Below are positions 35,985 to 49,118 of a stretch of DNA of 64,000 bases, in pieces. This stretch comes from Leucoraja ocellata. Taxonomy: Eukaryota. Every line of letters begins with the position of its first letter. Position 1 is the first letter of the stretch. A program made the translations under genes and the position numbers. The stretch lies in assembly GCA_036785375.1 (NCBI GenBank), contig JAWMAR010001695.1:1-64000 (forward strand). The letters run 5' to 3'. The notes below the pieces were generated by a model that saw nothing but the letters and a program-made list of their open reading frames with translations, was not told the origin of the DNA and did not search any database.

Positions 35985-37015
35985 CATGTATGCACTACTC
36001 CAGGTGTGGTCTCACCAAGACCCTGTACAATTGCAGTAGAACCTCCCTGCTCCTATACTCAAATCCTTTTGCTATGAATGCTAACATACCATTCGCTTTC
36101 TTTACTGCCTGCTGCACCTGCATGCCTACTTTCAATGACTGGTGTACCATGACACCCAGGTCCCGTTGCATCTCCCCTTTTCTTAATTAGCCATCATGCA
36201 GGATAGAAACAGGGCCTCTTATCATTGTGTCGTCTGTGCTGCCTATCTATGCTAAGCCCATAGCCTGCATTAGGCCCATTTTCCAGGTTTTTATAACTAC
36301 CCATTTTTTCTATCTAACGCCTTCTAAATGATGAAACATTATCCACCTCTACCACCTTCTCTGACAACTCCATCCAGCCAACCACTCCCCACATATGAAC
36401 ATTTTACCACTCAGATTGCCTTTGCAATTCTCTCCTATTGCCTTAAACTTATGACTCTAGTAGTAAACTCCCTTGTCATTGGAAGGGGACTCTGACTATC
36501 TATCCTATCTATGCCCTTCATAATCTTATAAACCTCCAGACCGTTCCCCATTGAGTTCCCTGCATTCCATTGAGAATAAACCCACCCCATCCAAACTCTC
36601 CTTATAACTAAGATAGGCACAAGGTGCTGGAGTAACTCAGCAGGTCAGGCAGCATCTCTGAACATAAAAGATGGGTGACATTTCGGATCGGGACTCTAAT
36701 TCAGACTGAAGAAGAGTCCTGACCCGAAACGTCACCTATCCTTTTTCTCCAGAGTTGCTGCCCGACCCGCTGAGTTACTCCAGTGCCTTGTGCCTATCTT
36801 TGGTATAAACCGGCATCTGCTGTTCCTTGTTTCCACATTCCGTCCTTATAACTACAGCCCTTGGCTTCAAACCAGGCAACCTCCTGGCCAATCTCTTCTG
36901 CTCCCTCTATCTATTTCAGCCACACTCTTCAATGGTGCAGCAACCAGAACTGTACACGATACGCCAAAAGCAGTCCGACCGATGTCTTATACAGTTGCAA
37001 TATGATATCTCAGCT
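35985..37015 (-). mobile_element. CR1 fragments (two ages) with a PLE palindrome at 36611-36842
   Basis: QAVKKANGMLAFIAKGFEYRSREVLLQLYRVLVRPHLE on minus strand; PLE has 12-bp TSD tccttataacta at 36599-36610 and 36843-36854. Confidence 0.8.
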
Positions 37016-37957
37016 TTATAATTGATCCGTTACACGTTCTGCCTGTTTGGTGATTCTTATCTCCTGGTAGGATGGCTCATTCATGAATTGTTTAACGAGC
37101 CATTCAGAACAGGTGGTGCCATTGAGATTTACACCCTTGAATGATTAAAATGAAAAATATTAAAAATCAGAAGAACCCCTTCACGCAAACTAAATTGAAC
37201 ATAGAACAGTTACGGCACAGAAACAGGCCCTTCGGCACACAGTGTGAGTGCTAGATAAACTAATCTCATCACAGCCTGCACATGACCCACATCCCCATTG
37301 GATCTATTGTTCCAATTTATTTACCTGCAATACACCAAAGTCAAGGTGCAGACAAGACATTGTAATTGGACAAAAGATTTGGGAAGTGTCCAACAATTAA
37401 CAATTGCCCATTGTGGAAGTGTCAGACTAAGTCAAAGCTGATATAAAAAAGGTCCACAAAGGTTTTCAAAAATGTATTTAGACTGTGAGGTGTTTCCCAC
37501 CAAGTTTTAATGTACTTAACACGGGTTTCCGTTACAGCTTCTCACTTCTCCTTTCCGACATGTTTAGATAATAGAAAGGAACTTTAGCCCTGTGGCCCCT
37601 GGTGCTGTTTCTCATGATAGCCTCCCTTGTGAAGGTGGGAAGGCACTGAATCTTAATGAGCGTGCACATCAAAGTAACAATACAGTCTCACCCTGTGGCT
37701 TAGTAAGATTTCCCCTGTGATGAACACATGATAGGGCCGAGCATAAACTGGATACAGTTGAAATGGAGACCTTTAATAAACACAATGGCATGACGAACAA
37801 TAGCATGAGTTGAAGTATAATGCAGTTGACGCCCTTTTAGCCTGTCATTAGTACCATTCACAGGAGGTGTATTGGCGGGTATATTGGACCAGTTGGCTGG
37901 CTGACCTAGTTGCCACTTAGTATGCCACTTAGTCATTGCCGCTACACCATTTTCTGG

Positions 37958-38050
37958 AGTCTGATGAAGGATCTCGACCCGAAACGTTACCCATTCCTTC
38001 TCTCCAGAGATGCTGCCTGTCCCGTTGAGTTACTCATTTTGTGTCTAACT
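37958..38050 (+). mobile_element. PLE arm with canonical CUGAUGA hammerhead core
   Basis: ctgatgaaggatctcgacccgaaacgtt at 37961-37988; approximate TSD ccatttt(t)ctgg. Confidence 0.75.
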
Positions 38051-38127
38051 CCATTTTTCTGGGTTCTAGTAACACGCAGGACAATAAATAAATATATATA
38101 TAAATAAATAACTAAATAGATAGATTA

Positions 38128-38338
38128 CTGCAGGTGCCAAACATCTGAAATAAAAACTGAAAATACTGGAAAAACTCAGAACATCAGGCAGCATCGGTTA
38201 TGAGAGGTACAGGGTTAAAATTTCAGGTCCATCATCCTTCTGACAAAAGGTCTTTGAATCTGAAACATTGACCAGTATCTACCTCCACAGATGCTGCCTG
38301 GTCTCAGAGCTCTTCCAGTATTTTTCTGTTTTTACTTG
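38128..38338. mobile_element. Older-family fold-back PLE terminus
   Basis: aaaaactgaaaatactggaaaaactc ... ctcttccagtatttttctgttttta inverted arms. Confidence 0.6.
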
Positions 38339-39140
38339 AAATTAAAAAAAAGAGAGATTTCTTCTTCTCAAACCTCGAAAGTACCTGTCCCCCGATCATG
38401 AGACCAGATTTGCAAGTTAATGATTCACTGTTTACAATTTATTTTGCTTTCCTATTTTGCAATAATTTGCCATTTATTTCTGTGGCATTTAATGGGGCGA
38501 ATTGTGCTCTAAATGTGGTTATTTTAATTGCAGATGGATCCAGTGCAAAAGGCTGTAATAAACCACACGTTTGGCGTAACACTGCCACCGAAAAAGAAGC
38601 ACGTCATCTCTTGCAACGTATGCCATCTGAGATTCAACTCAGAGGTGAGATGCTTCCCTCCACAAAAGCCCTGGTTGAAACATTGCCCTTGGTAACATCG
38701 TACAGTTTAACAGCCTCCCCGCTGGCACGGGCAAGCAAGCTTGCTGCTCAAGCCTCAAAAAGGCAGAGATAGATCGGTAGATTCTAGTACGGGTGTCAGG
38801 GGTTATGGGGAGAAGGCAGGAGAATGGGGTTAGATAGATCAACCATGATAGGGTAGACTATGGGCCAAATGGCCTAATTCTGCTCCTATCATTTATGAAC
38901 TTATGAACTTAACATACATGGCACACACATTTAATTCTGGGAACAAATGGTTCCTGACATGATGGAATATTATGGGGAGTGAAATAACTAAATGCAAAAT
39001 CCACATTTCTGGCTCAAGTTTCTGCAGACTCATTTGTCTTAACATCTTATCACAATGAAGGCACCTAACATTTTTTGTTCTGAACAAAATGGTAACTTGG
39101 TGGTGCTCTATTAACACAGTTGAAAAATGTGTTTATCACA

Positions 39141-39890
39141 TTAGTTTAGTTTAGTTTAGTTTAGTTTAGAGATACAGCATGGAAACAGGCCCTCCTGCCC
39201 ACCGAGTCCGCACCGTCCAGCGATCCCGATGTTGGAGGAGTCCAGAACCAGGGGTCACAGTTTAAGAATAAGGGGTAAGCCATTTAGAACGGAGATGAGG
39301 AAACACATTTTCACACAGAGAGTTGTGAGTCTGTGGAATTTTCCACAAACACTTTCTACACACATTAGGGACAATTTACGCTCATACCAAGTATACAAAC
39401 TCAAGCCAATTGGCCTACAAACCTGTACGTCTTTGGATTGTGGGAGGAAACCGAAGATCTCGGAGAAAACCCACACGGTCACGGGGAGAACATACAAACA
39501 TCATACAGACAGCACCAGTAGTCAGGATCTCAGGCGCTGCAAGTGCTGTAAGGCAACAACTCTACCGCTGCACCACCCTGCAGCATTTTAGAGATACACC
39601 GCAGAAACAGGCCCTTCGGCCCACCGAGTCTGCGCCGACCAGCGATCCCCGCACAGCACACTGTCCTACAAACACTAGGGACAATTTTACATTTATACCG
39701 AGCCAATTAACCTACAAACCTGTACGTCTTTGGAGCGTGCGAGGAAACCGAAATTCTCGGAGAAAACCCACGCAGGTCACGGGGAGAACATACAAACTCC
39801 GTACAGACAAGCATCCGTAGCCAGGATCGAACCCGGATCTCTGGTGCTGTAAGTGCTGTAAGGCAGCAACTCTACCGCTGCGCCACCGTG
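39141..39890 (-). mobile_element. Two tandem HE1-like SINEs; the first carries a + strand CR1 fragment at ~39225-39340
   Basis: (TTTAG)n tail; units 39141-39580 and 39586-39890. Confidence 0.85.
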
Positions 39891-41119
39891 ACTCCCTCAA
39901 ATAGGCATATTACTGGCATTGGTTTGTCTTGGAATCATGTTTAGCACAGATATTGTGGGCCGAAGGGCCTGTTCAAAACTTCTATGTTCTAATAATAAGG
40001 GTAACATGTGAGTAACTTGATGTTAAAACCCTAAAAATGAACATTAACAACAATATAGGAATACGAGGAACTGCAGATGTTGGAAAAAGGGTCCCGACTA
40101 GAAACCTATCTATTCCCCCCGCAGATACGTGCTGAGTTCCTCCAGCACGTTGTGCATTGATACAAGAGTACTTGCATATTTTACAGGTGTGTTATACACA
40201 AGTTCTAAGTATGTTCAATATGTTTTGATATTTAAAAAAATGTTAAACAGTGTGTGCAGAAAGTGCATTTGTAAAAAGCGTTTTCAACACCTCTATGAAG
40301 ATCGATAAACAGAGGCACTTTTATCTGCAGGCATTGTCAGTCTTGCGAACAATCTCTTACCCTGGTATGACCACTCATTGTAGTTGCTCTGGATATAACA
40401 GCTCATTGATGTAGAAATGTGGCCCAAAGAAAGATAAAATCTCAATCATCCCGCCAAACAGACCCTTGCCAAACATTTCGATATTCACCAACTCCATGGC
40501 CTTGTACGGCAGTTTCAACAAGGTTGGCAACTTATACAAAGTAATTGCAGCATGTTTCAGGCACGTCGTGACTTCTTGTTAAACATGCAATTTATTTTGT
40601 AGCACAATCAAAATTTATTCTGCATTCTGGTTTCCTCAATTGCATAAATCTTCTGCTTAATCTCATTTCGTAGCATCTGTGGTGACCAACAAACCCTCCC
40701 GTTTCTGCAGCACCTTTCACGTAGCTATGGGTTCAGAAGGCACTTCACAAGAGCCTGACTATTGGTGCCAGGCTGTGCAAGGAGAGGGCCAAAAACCTGG
40801 AGAGGAGAACAATTTTAAGCAGCCGTTTTAAAGGGAATTAAGAGGCAGAGTGGTTTAGGGAGGAACTTTTAGAGCTTCGATCCTTGGCATGCCTTTTAAT
40901 GGCAGAGTGATTAAAATCAGAAATGTACAAGAGCCAAAAGTAATGGACGCCCTGATGCTTTGATGTGATATGTTCCCATAGATCAGGTTCTAATCAGGGT
41001 CCAAATGTACGAAATAGAAATTGGAGGGGTCGCCATGACACTGGGCAGAAATGTGATCTGCCCCACTGTGTGTATTCGCTCTCTTGCATTTGGAGCGTTA
41101 ACCAGGTACTTCTGAGTTT

Positions 41120-41530
41120 GAGTTCAGTTTACAGTCACCTGTACCGAGGTTCAGTGAAAACGGTTTGTTGCGTGCTAACCAGTCAGCGGAAAGGCAACAC
41201 ATGATCACAATCGAGTGTGCAGATAGGTACTTCTTGGAGAAAGGGCATCATTTTCAGGAAAGGAGACAATTCCTGTCTCATCTTTTCCGCATGCATGTTT
41301 TCAAACTTCTGTACCTCTTGCCTAATGGGAGCGGGGAGGGGAGAGGCTGGTCCTTGATTATGCTGGTGGCCTTGCCGAGGCAGCGTGAAGTGTAGATGGA
41401 GTCGACAGGAGGGATGTTAGTTTGCGTGATGCTCTGGGCTGCGTCCACAACTCTGCAATTTCTTGCTGCCTTGGATGGTGCTGTTCCCAAACCATGCTGT
41501 GAAGCCCGACGATAAAATGCTTTCTATGGC
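41120..41530 (-). mobile_element. Rex1/Babar 3' fragment
   Basis: VVDAAQSITQTNIPPVDSIYTSRCLGKATSIIKD...PLPLGKRYRSLK. Confidence 0.75.
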
Positions 41531-41905
41531 GTTAAATGCTTTAATGTCTCCGGTGAGGGCTAGTAAATCTCTTACTGGTGCACTCCCCTCACTCCTGAAG
41601 TGACAGCTCGTGATTTTGTGCTCAATTCTCAGGCGTAGGACTTGAATCCAGAGTTGATCGGCACTCCTAATAAACGTACCGCGCAGTCATCAAACATAAT
41701 TACATTTCATTTATTATTGTGCAATGAAAACCAACAACTTGTTGAATTGGATTTCAAATGCCATTACTCTGTGTCATAAAGGAGGTGGGCCCAGTTGTTC
41801 ATTCAGAGTAAAATTCCTGCAGTTGTTACAAAGAAAAGCTGAATATTTTATGGACCTTCAGGAAAGAGAAACGGGGTTAACTGCGCAGGTCATTGACTTT
41901 TCATC

Positions 41906-42000
41906 TGAAGAAGGGTTTCGGCCTGAAACATTGCCTATTTCCTTCGCTCCATAGATGCTGCTGCACCCGCTGAGTTTCTCCAGCATTTTTGTCTACCTTC
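41906..42000 (+). mobile_element. PLE subfamily B arm inserted in an older PLE palindrome
   Basis: 11-bp TSD gacttttcatc at 41895-41905 and 42001-42011. Confidence 0.8.
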
Positions 42001-42244
42001 GACTTTTCATCAGATCTGATGAAGGAAGGGTCATTGATTTGAAGCATTGACTCCGTTTCCCTCTCCACGGACACTTGCTGACCTGATGAGAATTTTTTGT
42101 TTTATTTCAGATGGTTTTTTTCATTTTGTTTTCCAGTCATTTAAACAAAGTTGTATGACTAAATTCTTCAGTGGATTATAGAATGTCCCATTAACTATTT
42201 TACCTACGATTAATTGCAAACCAAAGTCCTTTTGGTAAACCGCA

Positions 42245-42447
42245 TAGGAAGGAACTGCAGATGCTGGTTTACACCGAAGATCGACACAAAATGCTGGAGT
42301 AATTCAGCGGAACAGGCAGCATCTCTGGAGAGAAGGAATGGGTGACGTTTTGGGTCAAGACCCTTCTTCTTGGTCTCGATGTCTGGATCTCTTCTCTCCA
42401 GAGATGCTGCCTGTCCCGCTGAGTTACTCCAGCGTTTTGTATCTATC
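42245..42447. mobile_element. Fold-back PLE-terminus insertion
   Basis: Inverted arms; imperfect TSD cctttt(gg/t)taaacc. Confidence 0.8.
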
Positions 42448-42943
42448 CTTTTTTAAACCTCTGGTTTTCAATTTGTTCACTATTTGCTGACTTTCCATTC
42501 CTCTGCTGACTATTTCAAGATTATTTTCCTCTTTTCCCTTTGCTTCTCTCTGCCGCACAGAATCCCTGTATCAGATGCCGTACACCTGTTGCCCAAGACT
42601 TGGCCAGCTTAGGTTTAAAAGATTAATTAGAGTCTCGTGGGATGATAGAATCTTTGCAGCAGAGAAGGATGCCATCAACCCATCAAAGAGTTAGTCCCTC
42701 TGTAGAATTGTTCAGTGAACACCAGATAACAGAAGTAAATAGGAACGAGAATAGTTCACATAGATCCTCATGCCTGCCCCACCATTGAATATGATCATGG
42801 CTGATTTATCCCAGGCCTCAACTTTTTTGTCCCAGCTCCCCATAGTCCTCAACTCCCTGATCTTTCAGTGGATTAATTACCTCCTCTTCAAACCCCACCC
42901 CAATGATCTAGCTACCCCTTCTTCCATTGCTCTTTCTTTGTAA

Positions 42944-43263
42944 TAGCCTTGTCCCACGGTACGAGTTCATTCCAAGAGCTCTCCCGAGTTTAAAAAAAAT
43001 CAAACTTGTGGTAAGCACGGAGAATGAATGTAGCGGGTACGTTGGAGCTCGGGGACGTCTCTTAGCGGTAACGGCAAGTACTTGGGAAGACTCGCTAACG
43101 GCAGTTACTCACGGGAAGACTCGTGAAGATTTTTCAACACGTTGAACAATGTCCACGAGAGCCCCGAGTACTGACGAGTGGCCATTACCGTAAATCTCCG
43201 AGTTAGAATCAGTGCAAACTCAGGAGAACTCTCCGAATGAACTCGTACAGTGGGACAGGGGTT
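42944..43263. mobile_element. MITE, probably PIF/Harbinger-type
   Basis: TIRs ...tgtcccacggtacgagttcattc / gaatgaactcgtacagtgggaca...; TAA on both sides (42941-42943, 43264-43266). Confidence 0.8.
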
Positions 43264-43319
43264 TAACTACAAATCATTTTCCAAGTGTCAGTACCATGCT
43301 CTTCTGAAAACCCAGATGG

Positions 43320-43582
43320 GTGCCAGACACCCGGGTTCGATCCTGACTACGGGTGCTGTCTGTACGGAGTTTGTTACTTCTCCCTGTGACTGCGTGAGTT
43401 TTCTCCAGTTTCCTCCCACACTACAAAGACGTACAGGTTTGTGGGTTAATTGGCTTTGGTACAAAAATTAGTAAATTCTCCCTAGTGTGTATGATAGTGC
43501 TACTGTGTGAAGTGATCGCTGGTCGGCACGGACAGGGTGGGCTGAAGAACCTCTTTCCACACTGTATTTCTAAAGTCTAAAG
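43320..43582 (+). mobile_element. HE1-like SINE, 5'-truncated
   Basis: B box ggttcgatcc, V-core, tail. Confidence 0.8.
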
Positions 43583-44436
43583 TGCACTCATTGGAACCTT
43601 GTTGAACCTGTCTCCATTGCCTACACTCCGTTCTACAGCTCTCCAGAGGTGCACCTGCCTTGTTTCACTTGCTGGATTCCCCTTGTTCACCCTGTTCCCA
43701 CCACGCCACTGGGTGTTTGAAGTCCGTTTGTGTTGGAAAGCCTTGGTGGTTGACATCGTAGAGTGTTGTTAACAGTTCCATTTATATTATTCAATTTGAG
43801 AATGATTTCACCCATATATCTCAAGGAAAAATATATGTTGGTTACATTGGGTTTTCAAGAAGAATTCATTTATTTTCCTCATTATGTTCATGCTGGCTCA
43901 GTATGTTTAAGGATTGATTCATTTATGGATCTAGCTTGGGTTATGGAGGGCCAAGCTCAAGATGAACTTCCACACGCCCTGAAACATTGTTTAGTTTAGT
44001 GTAGTTTATTGTCACGTGTACCCAGGTACAGTGGAAAGCTGTTTTATTACGTGTTATCCAGTCAGCGGAAAGCCTGTACGTGATTACAATCAGCCCGTCC
44101 ACAGTGTACAGATACAGGATAAACGGAATAACATTTAGTGCAAGATAAAGTCCAGTTACAACAAATCAGATATTAGAAGTTTTATTCATCCATGAAAGAC
44201 CCCATGCGATATTATGGATTGTAAATGAGGAATTCATAAAAATCCCCCAATCCCAAGTTTTGGTCCAATAATTGTTTACACTAGAGCAAAGAGTTAATGG
44301 TGTAAGCCAAGCTTGGCCCCTTGTTGCAAAAGGCCATTTTAATGCTGGAAGAAGAGAACTCCGAAAGCTCTTCCATCTATCCCTTGCTCCAGATGTTGAA
44401 GATTTATATTTTTAGCTGCACAACATTGACACAAAA

Positions 44437-44580
44437 TGGCTCAGTTTGTGTCACTTGGCATCTGAGTCAAACGTTTGTGAGTTCATGACCCACTCCAAAG
44501 GCCTGAACAGAAATATCTGTCCTGACATTCCAGCAAAGATTTGTGGGGCTTCTACACTGTGGGGTGCTGTCTTTCATTAG
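44437..44580 (+). mobile_element. Ancient DeuSINE (SacSINE1-like) tRNA head
   Basis: tggctcagtt...tctgagtca...gagttca...cccactcca...ctgacattccag...gtgctgtcttt; matching 3' end at ~45790-45948 (tataaatgcaagccttccttt). Confidence 0.55.
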
Positions 44581-45035
44581 AATTAGATTTTAGAGTAAGA
44601 TTTGGTTGCATGGGGAAATATGTTTTTGTCAAATCTAAACTCCAAATATATTAAATAGTTAAGCAGGCAATCTGATTAATGATGTCCATTCAAACTATTT
44701 GCAAATGTAGTTGAATTTTGCATGATTTAATTCCATCTCGTGGAATCATGGAGTTTAGATGATCCATGTGTCTATCTTTGATCCTGTCCATGTTGTTGAA
44801 ATCATCAGTCACAAGCAGAGCCTACTATCCCCGTCACCTCTCTAGCCATCAGCTATCAAGGATTTCGTTTCACCCAGTTGTCTTGGAGAATCATTTCTGT
44901 AGCACGGTTTCTGAATACCAATCATTGGATTTATCCATCAAGGTGATGTTCTATTCCCCTTGCATCCAAAACTACAATCAATTTATTTCTATTAGTTTGT
45001 AAAGTCGAGATACAATTTAACATATCAGTATAGTC

Positions 45036-45340
45036 GGGACGGCACGGTGGCGCAGCGGTAGAGTTGCTGCCTTACAGCGCTTGCAGCGCTGGAGACCCGG
45101 GTTCGATCCTGACTACGGAACTTGTACGTTCTCCCCGTGACCTTGTGGGTTTGCTCCAAGATCTTCGGTTTCCTCCCACACTCCAAAGACGTGCAGGTAT
45201 GTAGGTTAATTGACTTGGTGTTTGTGTAAAATTGTCCCTAATGTGTGTAGGATCGTGTTGCTGTGTGGGGATTGCTGGGCGGTGCAGACTTGTTGGGTCG
45301 AAGGGCCTGTTTCCTAAACTAAACTAAAGTAAACTAAACC
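45036..45340 (+). mobile_element. HE1-like SINE, full length
   Basis: A box tggcgcagcgg, B box ggttcgatcc, (ctaaa)n tail. Confidence 0.9.
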
Positions 45341-47221
45341 ATTGATTTCTCAGGCACACACAGGATCCTACCGCGTCGTTGTGAAATGAGCAGAGAAGTT
45401 ATTCAATATTTATATTTATTATTTATTTATTTTTTTATTTATTTTTTATTAGAACAATATTTATTAGAACAGTGTGGGAAAGAACTATAAAATGCTGGTT
45501 TAAATCGAAGGTAGACACAAAATGCTGGAGTAACTCAGGCAGCATCTCTGGAAAGAAGGAATGGGTGACGTTTCAGGTCGAGAACCGTCATCATTTATTA
45601 GAACCACAATGTCTGTGCTGAACGTGATGCCAAGTAAAACTGATCTCATTTGCCCGTACATGATCCATATCCCTCCATTCCTTGCACTTCCATGTGCCTA
45701 TCTAAATGTCTCGTAAAAAGCCACTATCGTATCGGCCTCCAACTGCACGCAATACTCCAAATTTATTCCCCAAACGATATCACTGAATCAAATTGCCCAA
45801 TGATTATCCTGTTACTGTATAAGTGCAGATTGTTGTAATATTGTTCATGTGGGAGACAAAGTTATAAATTATTTCACTGGCTGTAAAATGGTGTGAAACA
45901 TCTTGAAAGGACCGTGAACAATAACATATAAATGCAAGCCTTCCTTTATTGTGTGGCAGTCGAATGGTGTAATCTCTCTCCGACAAACTCCAAAACCCCA
46001 TACACAGTTAGGCCGGTTCCCTCGAACCCCCCCTCCCCCCCCCCCCCAACCCCCCTCCCCCCCCCCACTCACAAGGCCGCAGTCTTTGGAGGGGGCAGGG
46101 CGTGTGGGTGAAGCACAGAGCCGTCCTGAGCCTTTTCCCACGCACATCATTTCCTTCAGCATCCTTCAGGGGCAATGATGCGGTGAGAATGGCTTTTACG
46201 ACTCAATTCATTTTTGTCAAATTGAGGTTCCACTGTTAAACTCGCCAGTATCATTTGCATTTTAATGACACAAATGCATTTTTTTGTGGAATTCTAATAA
46301 AGTGTGATGAAATGGAGTGATAGAAGAATAAACTGGTGATGGGGTAAAGAGTGTCTGAAATCTGTTTCACTGAACTGTAGTAAATTTAATGACAAATAGT
46401 CATGTGAGAATCATTAATGAATTCTGTCTTTGCACTGAGAAAGAAAATAGCCTCGCTTCTTGCAGAAGCTGGTTTGACATTTGCAAGCTGCAGAAGTCCA
46501 TATTTATTTATGCCTGTTTCATATTTATAAATCTTATATTTGCACAGTAGATTATTTAAACTAAGGCTAGAAAAAGCGCATCCTTTAAGTATAAAACTAT
46601 ACGTACCCTGGTGAAACATTCTTACCCAGAATGTAAAGGACTTTCAGAAGTTGGTCACTGGAGCTAAGTTCAAAACAATGCATTCGGAAATAACAAGGGA
46701 TTTTTTTTTTCTCTTTAAAGATAGGTCAAAGATTTCTATTAATCGATGCACTGCAAAGCGAAATTGAAGGGTAAAGATATTAATAGCATCACTAAAGTGA
46801 TATCAGGCAGCCAAGGAGAGGACACATTGTAAAAGTCTCAGTGTTTGGCGGAAATACTTTTGATGAAGATGAAGTTACATTTTCGTGTGAGGGAAGGGAG
46901 GAATTAACAAAGAAATAGGGTATTCGTTCATTAAAGTGATGGAAGACGAGATAATGAATCCTAATCTTCTTATTATCGAGTCCACATCAAGATTAGAAAT
47001 TGTTCAGCCAGAGCTGATCACATTTCTCGGCATCTGCACACAATGGTGTCTGTCATGTGCTTCTTGTGCGTGGTGGTGGAAATATTGGTGGAATCAGGGA
47101 ACGCTCTTTCCTTGACCCCTTGAATCCTAATGGACTACCGTGTCCAAGGCTCTTCTGTTTTGCTGATCATCAACAAACATAACAAGGGCAAATTCCCCAA
47201 CCAAACAATGTTTGTTGAAGG

Positions 47222-47428
47222 TACACAAAAATGCTGGAGAAACTCAGCGGGTGCAGCAGCATCTATGGAGCGAAGGAAGTAGGCAACGTTTCGGGCTGAA
47301 ACCCTTCTTCAGACTCGGCCTGAAACGTTGCCTATTTTCTTCGCTCCATAGATGCTGCTGCACCCGCTGAGCTTTTCCAGCATTTTTGTGTAACCCCAAT
47401 CAGTACCCCTTTCCTGCCGAAACCCGAT
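47222..47428. mobile_element. Fold-back PLE insertion (subfamily B)
   Basis: 13-bp duplication tgtttgttgaagg at 47209-47221 and 47429-47441. Confidence 0.8.
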
Positions 47429-47964
47429 TGTTTGTTGAAGGCAGGTAACACTCAACTAACGGCAGTGGATGCTCAGACAATGTATCAAAAGTTATACCAT
47501 ATGACAGATCCCGTTTTCGAGTTATAGCCATTACTTGCAGGAACAGGCCGTTCAGCCCAACTCATCAATGCTGATCCAGGTGCCATATGTATGATGTCCC
47601 ATTTGCCTGCATTTGGCCCATTTCCTAAAGGGTACGCTAACAGTCAACAGACTTCTTATATAGAAATTTCTATATGCGACATGAAATAGTTTATGTTCAT
47701 GAATGATCCACAACAACACACATAGTGAAAGATTAATCTTTATTCCATAAGCAATCAGGAACATTTGTACTGCCAGCCATTCACGTCCAGCTCGGCGTGG
47801 CTTGTGAGAGCCAACTGACCTTGACTAGGGTACAGCTGTGTAGTACCGTAATACCATGTAAAGGGTGGCATGCAGAAATGTGTAGTGAAGATTATAAATG
47901 GCAAGGATTAATAAGGGTTAATCTACAGTTTATAATATTCTTCAGAGATCTGTTAGAAAGTGAA

Positions 47965-48161
47965 TATATGTCGGAAGGAACTGCAATTGCTGGTTTAGAC
48001 TGAAGATAGGCAAAAAAGCTGGCGTAACTTAGCAGCATCTCAGGCAACATCTCATGAGAAAAGAAAGAATCTGAAGAAGGGTCCCGACCCGAAATGTCAC
48101 CTATTCCTTCTCTCCAGAGATGCTGTTTGACCCGCTGAGTTACTCCAGCTTTTTGTGTCTA
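47965..48161. mobile_element. Fold-back PLE-terminus insertion
   Basis: 11-bp TSD tagaaagtgaa at 47954-47964 and 48162-48172. Confidence 0.85.
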
Positions 48162-48551
48162 TAGAAAGTGAAACCGCATCTGAGGATTGGAATATTGCAC
48201 CAAATTTTGAAAAGGAACTTGTGTAGCACAGCAATTAAAAACAAATGAGACTAACAACAGTTGTGAGATTATTAGCAGGATCCCACAGAGAGAAGATAAT
48301 GATCACTTAGATAGGTCTGGCACTGGAGGACAAATAGCCACTGAAGGAAAGCTTGTTGTATCAAGCTTTTCGGAAAGATCTTTCTAACCGATGATCTACA
48401 GATTAACAAAGAAGGTTTTAGTAAAGGTTTGACACTGACCTGTACCCTCACTTGTATCCACCTATCACTTGTCAGGCTTTGACCCACCTGCCCCCCCACC
48501 ACCCCCCTCCCTTATTCTGTTTTCTCCCTCCTACTATCAATCTGAAGAAAG

Positions 48552-49118
48552 ATTGCTATTGAGGGAGTGCAGCGTAGGTTCACCAGCGTAATATATTAGG
48601 ATGGTGGAACTGACGTATGATGAAAGAATGGGTCAACTGGGCTTGTATTCACTGGAATTTAGAAGGATGAGAGGATATCTTATAGAAACATATAACATTC
48701 TTAAAGGATTGGACAGGGAAGATGCAGGAAAAATGTTCTCGATGTTGGGGGAGTCCAGAACCTCCAGTTTAAATTCCAGTTGGAATATTTTGGAGGACCA
48801 AGTAACCAAGAACCAAGAACCAGGGGTCACAGTTTAAGAACAAGGGGTGGGCCATTTTGGACTGAGATGAGGAAAAACTTTTTTACCCAGTGAGTTGTGA
48901 ATCTGTGGAATTCTCTGCCACAGAAGGCAGTGGAGGCCGATTCACTGGATGTTTTCGAGAGTTAGATTTAGCTCTTAGGGCTAATGGAATCGAGGGATTA
49001 GGGGAGAAAGCAGGAACGGGGTACTGATTTTGGATGATCAGTCATGATCATATTGAATGGCGGTGCTGGCTCAAAGGGCCGAATGGCCTACTCCTGCACC
49101 TATTTCCTATGTTTCTAT
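48552..49118 (+). mobile_element. CR1 3' fragment inserted in a PLE terminus (~48430-49205)
   Basis: AIEGVQRRFT...LEFRRMRGYLIETY...; (tttctatg) tail; the PLE reads ctgaagaa | aaggtcctgaccc across the insertion. Confidence 0.85.

Noticed and set aside
45036-45120. tRNA genes at the A/B-box motifs
   Set aside because: No complete cloverleaf; each continues into the SINE core and CR1-like tail.
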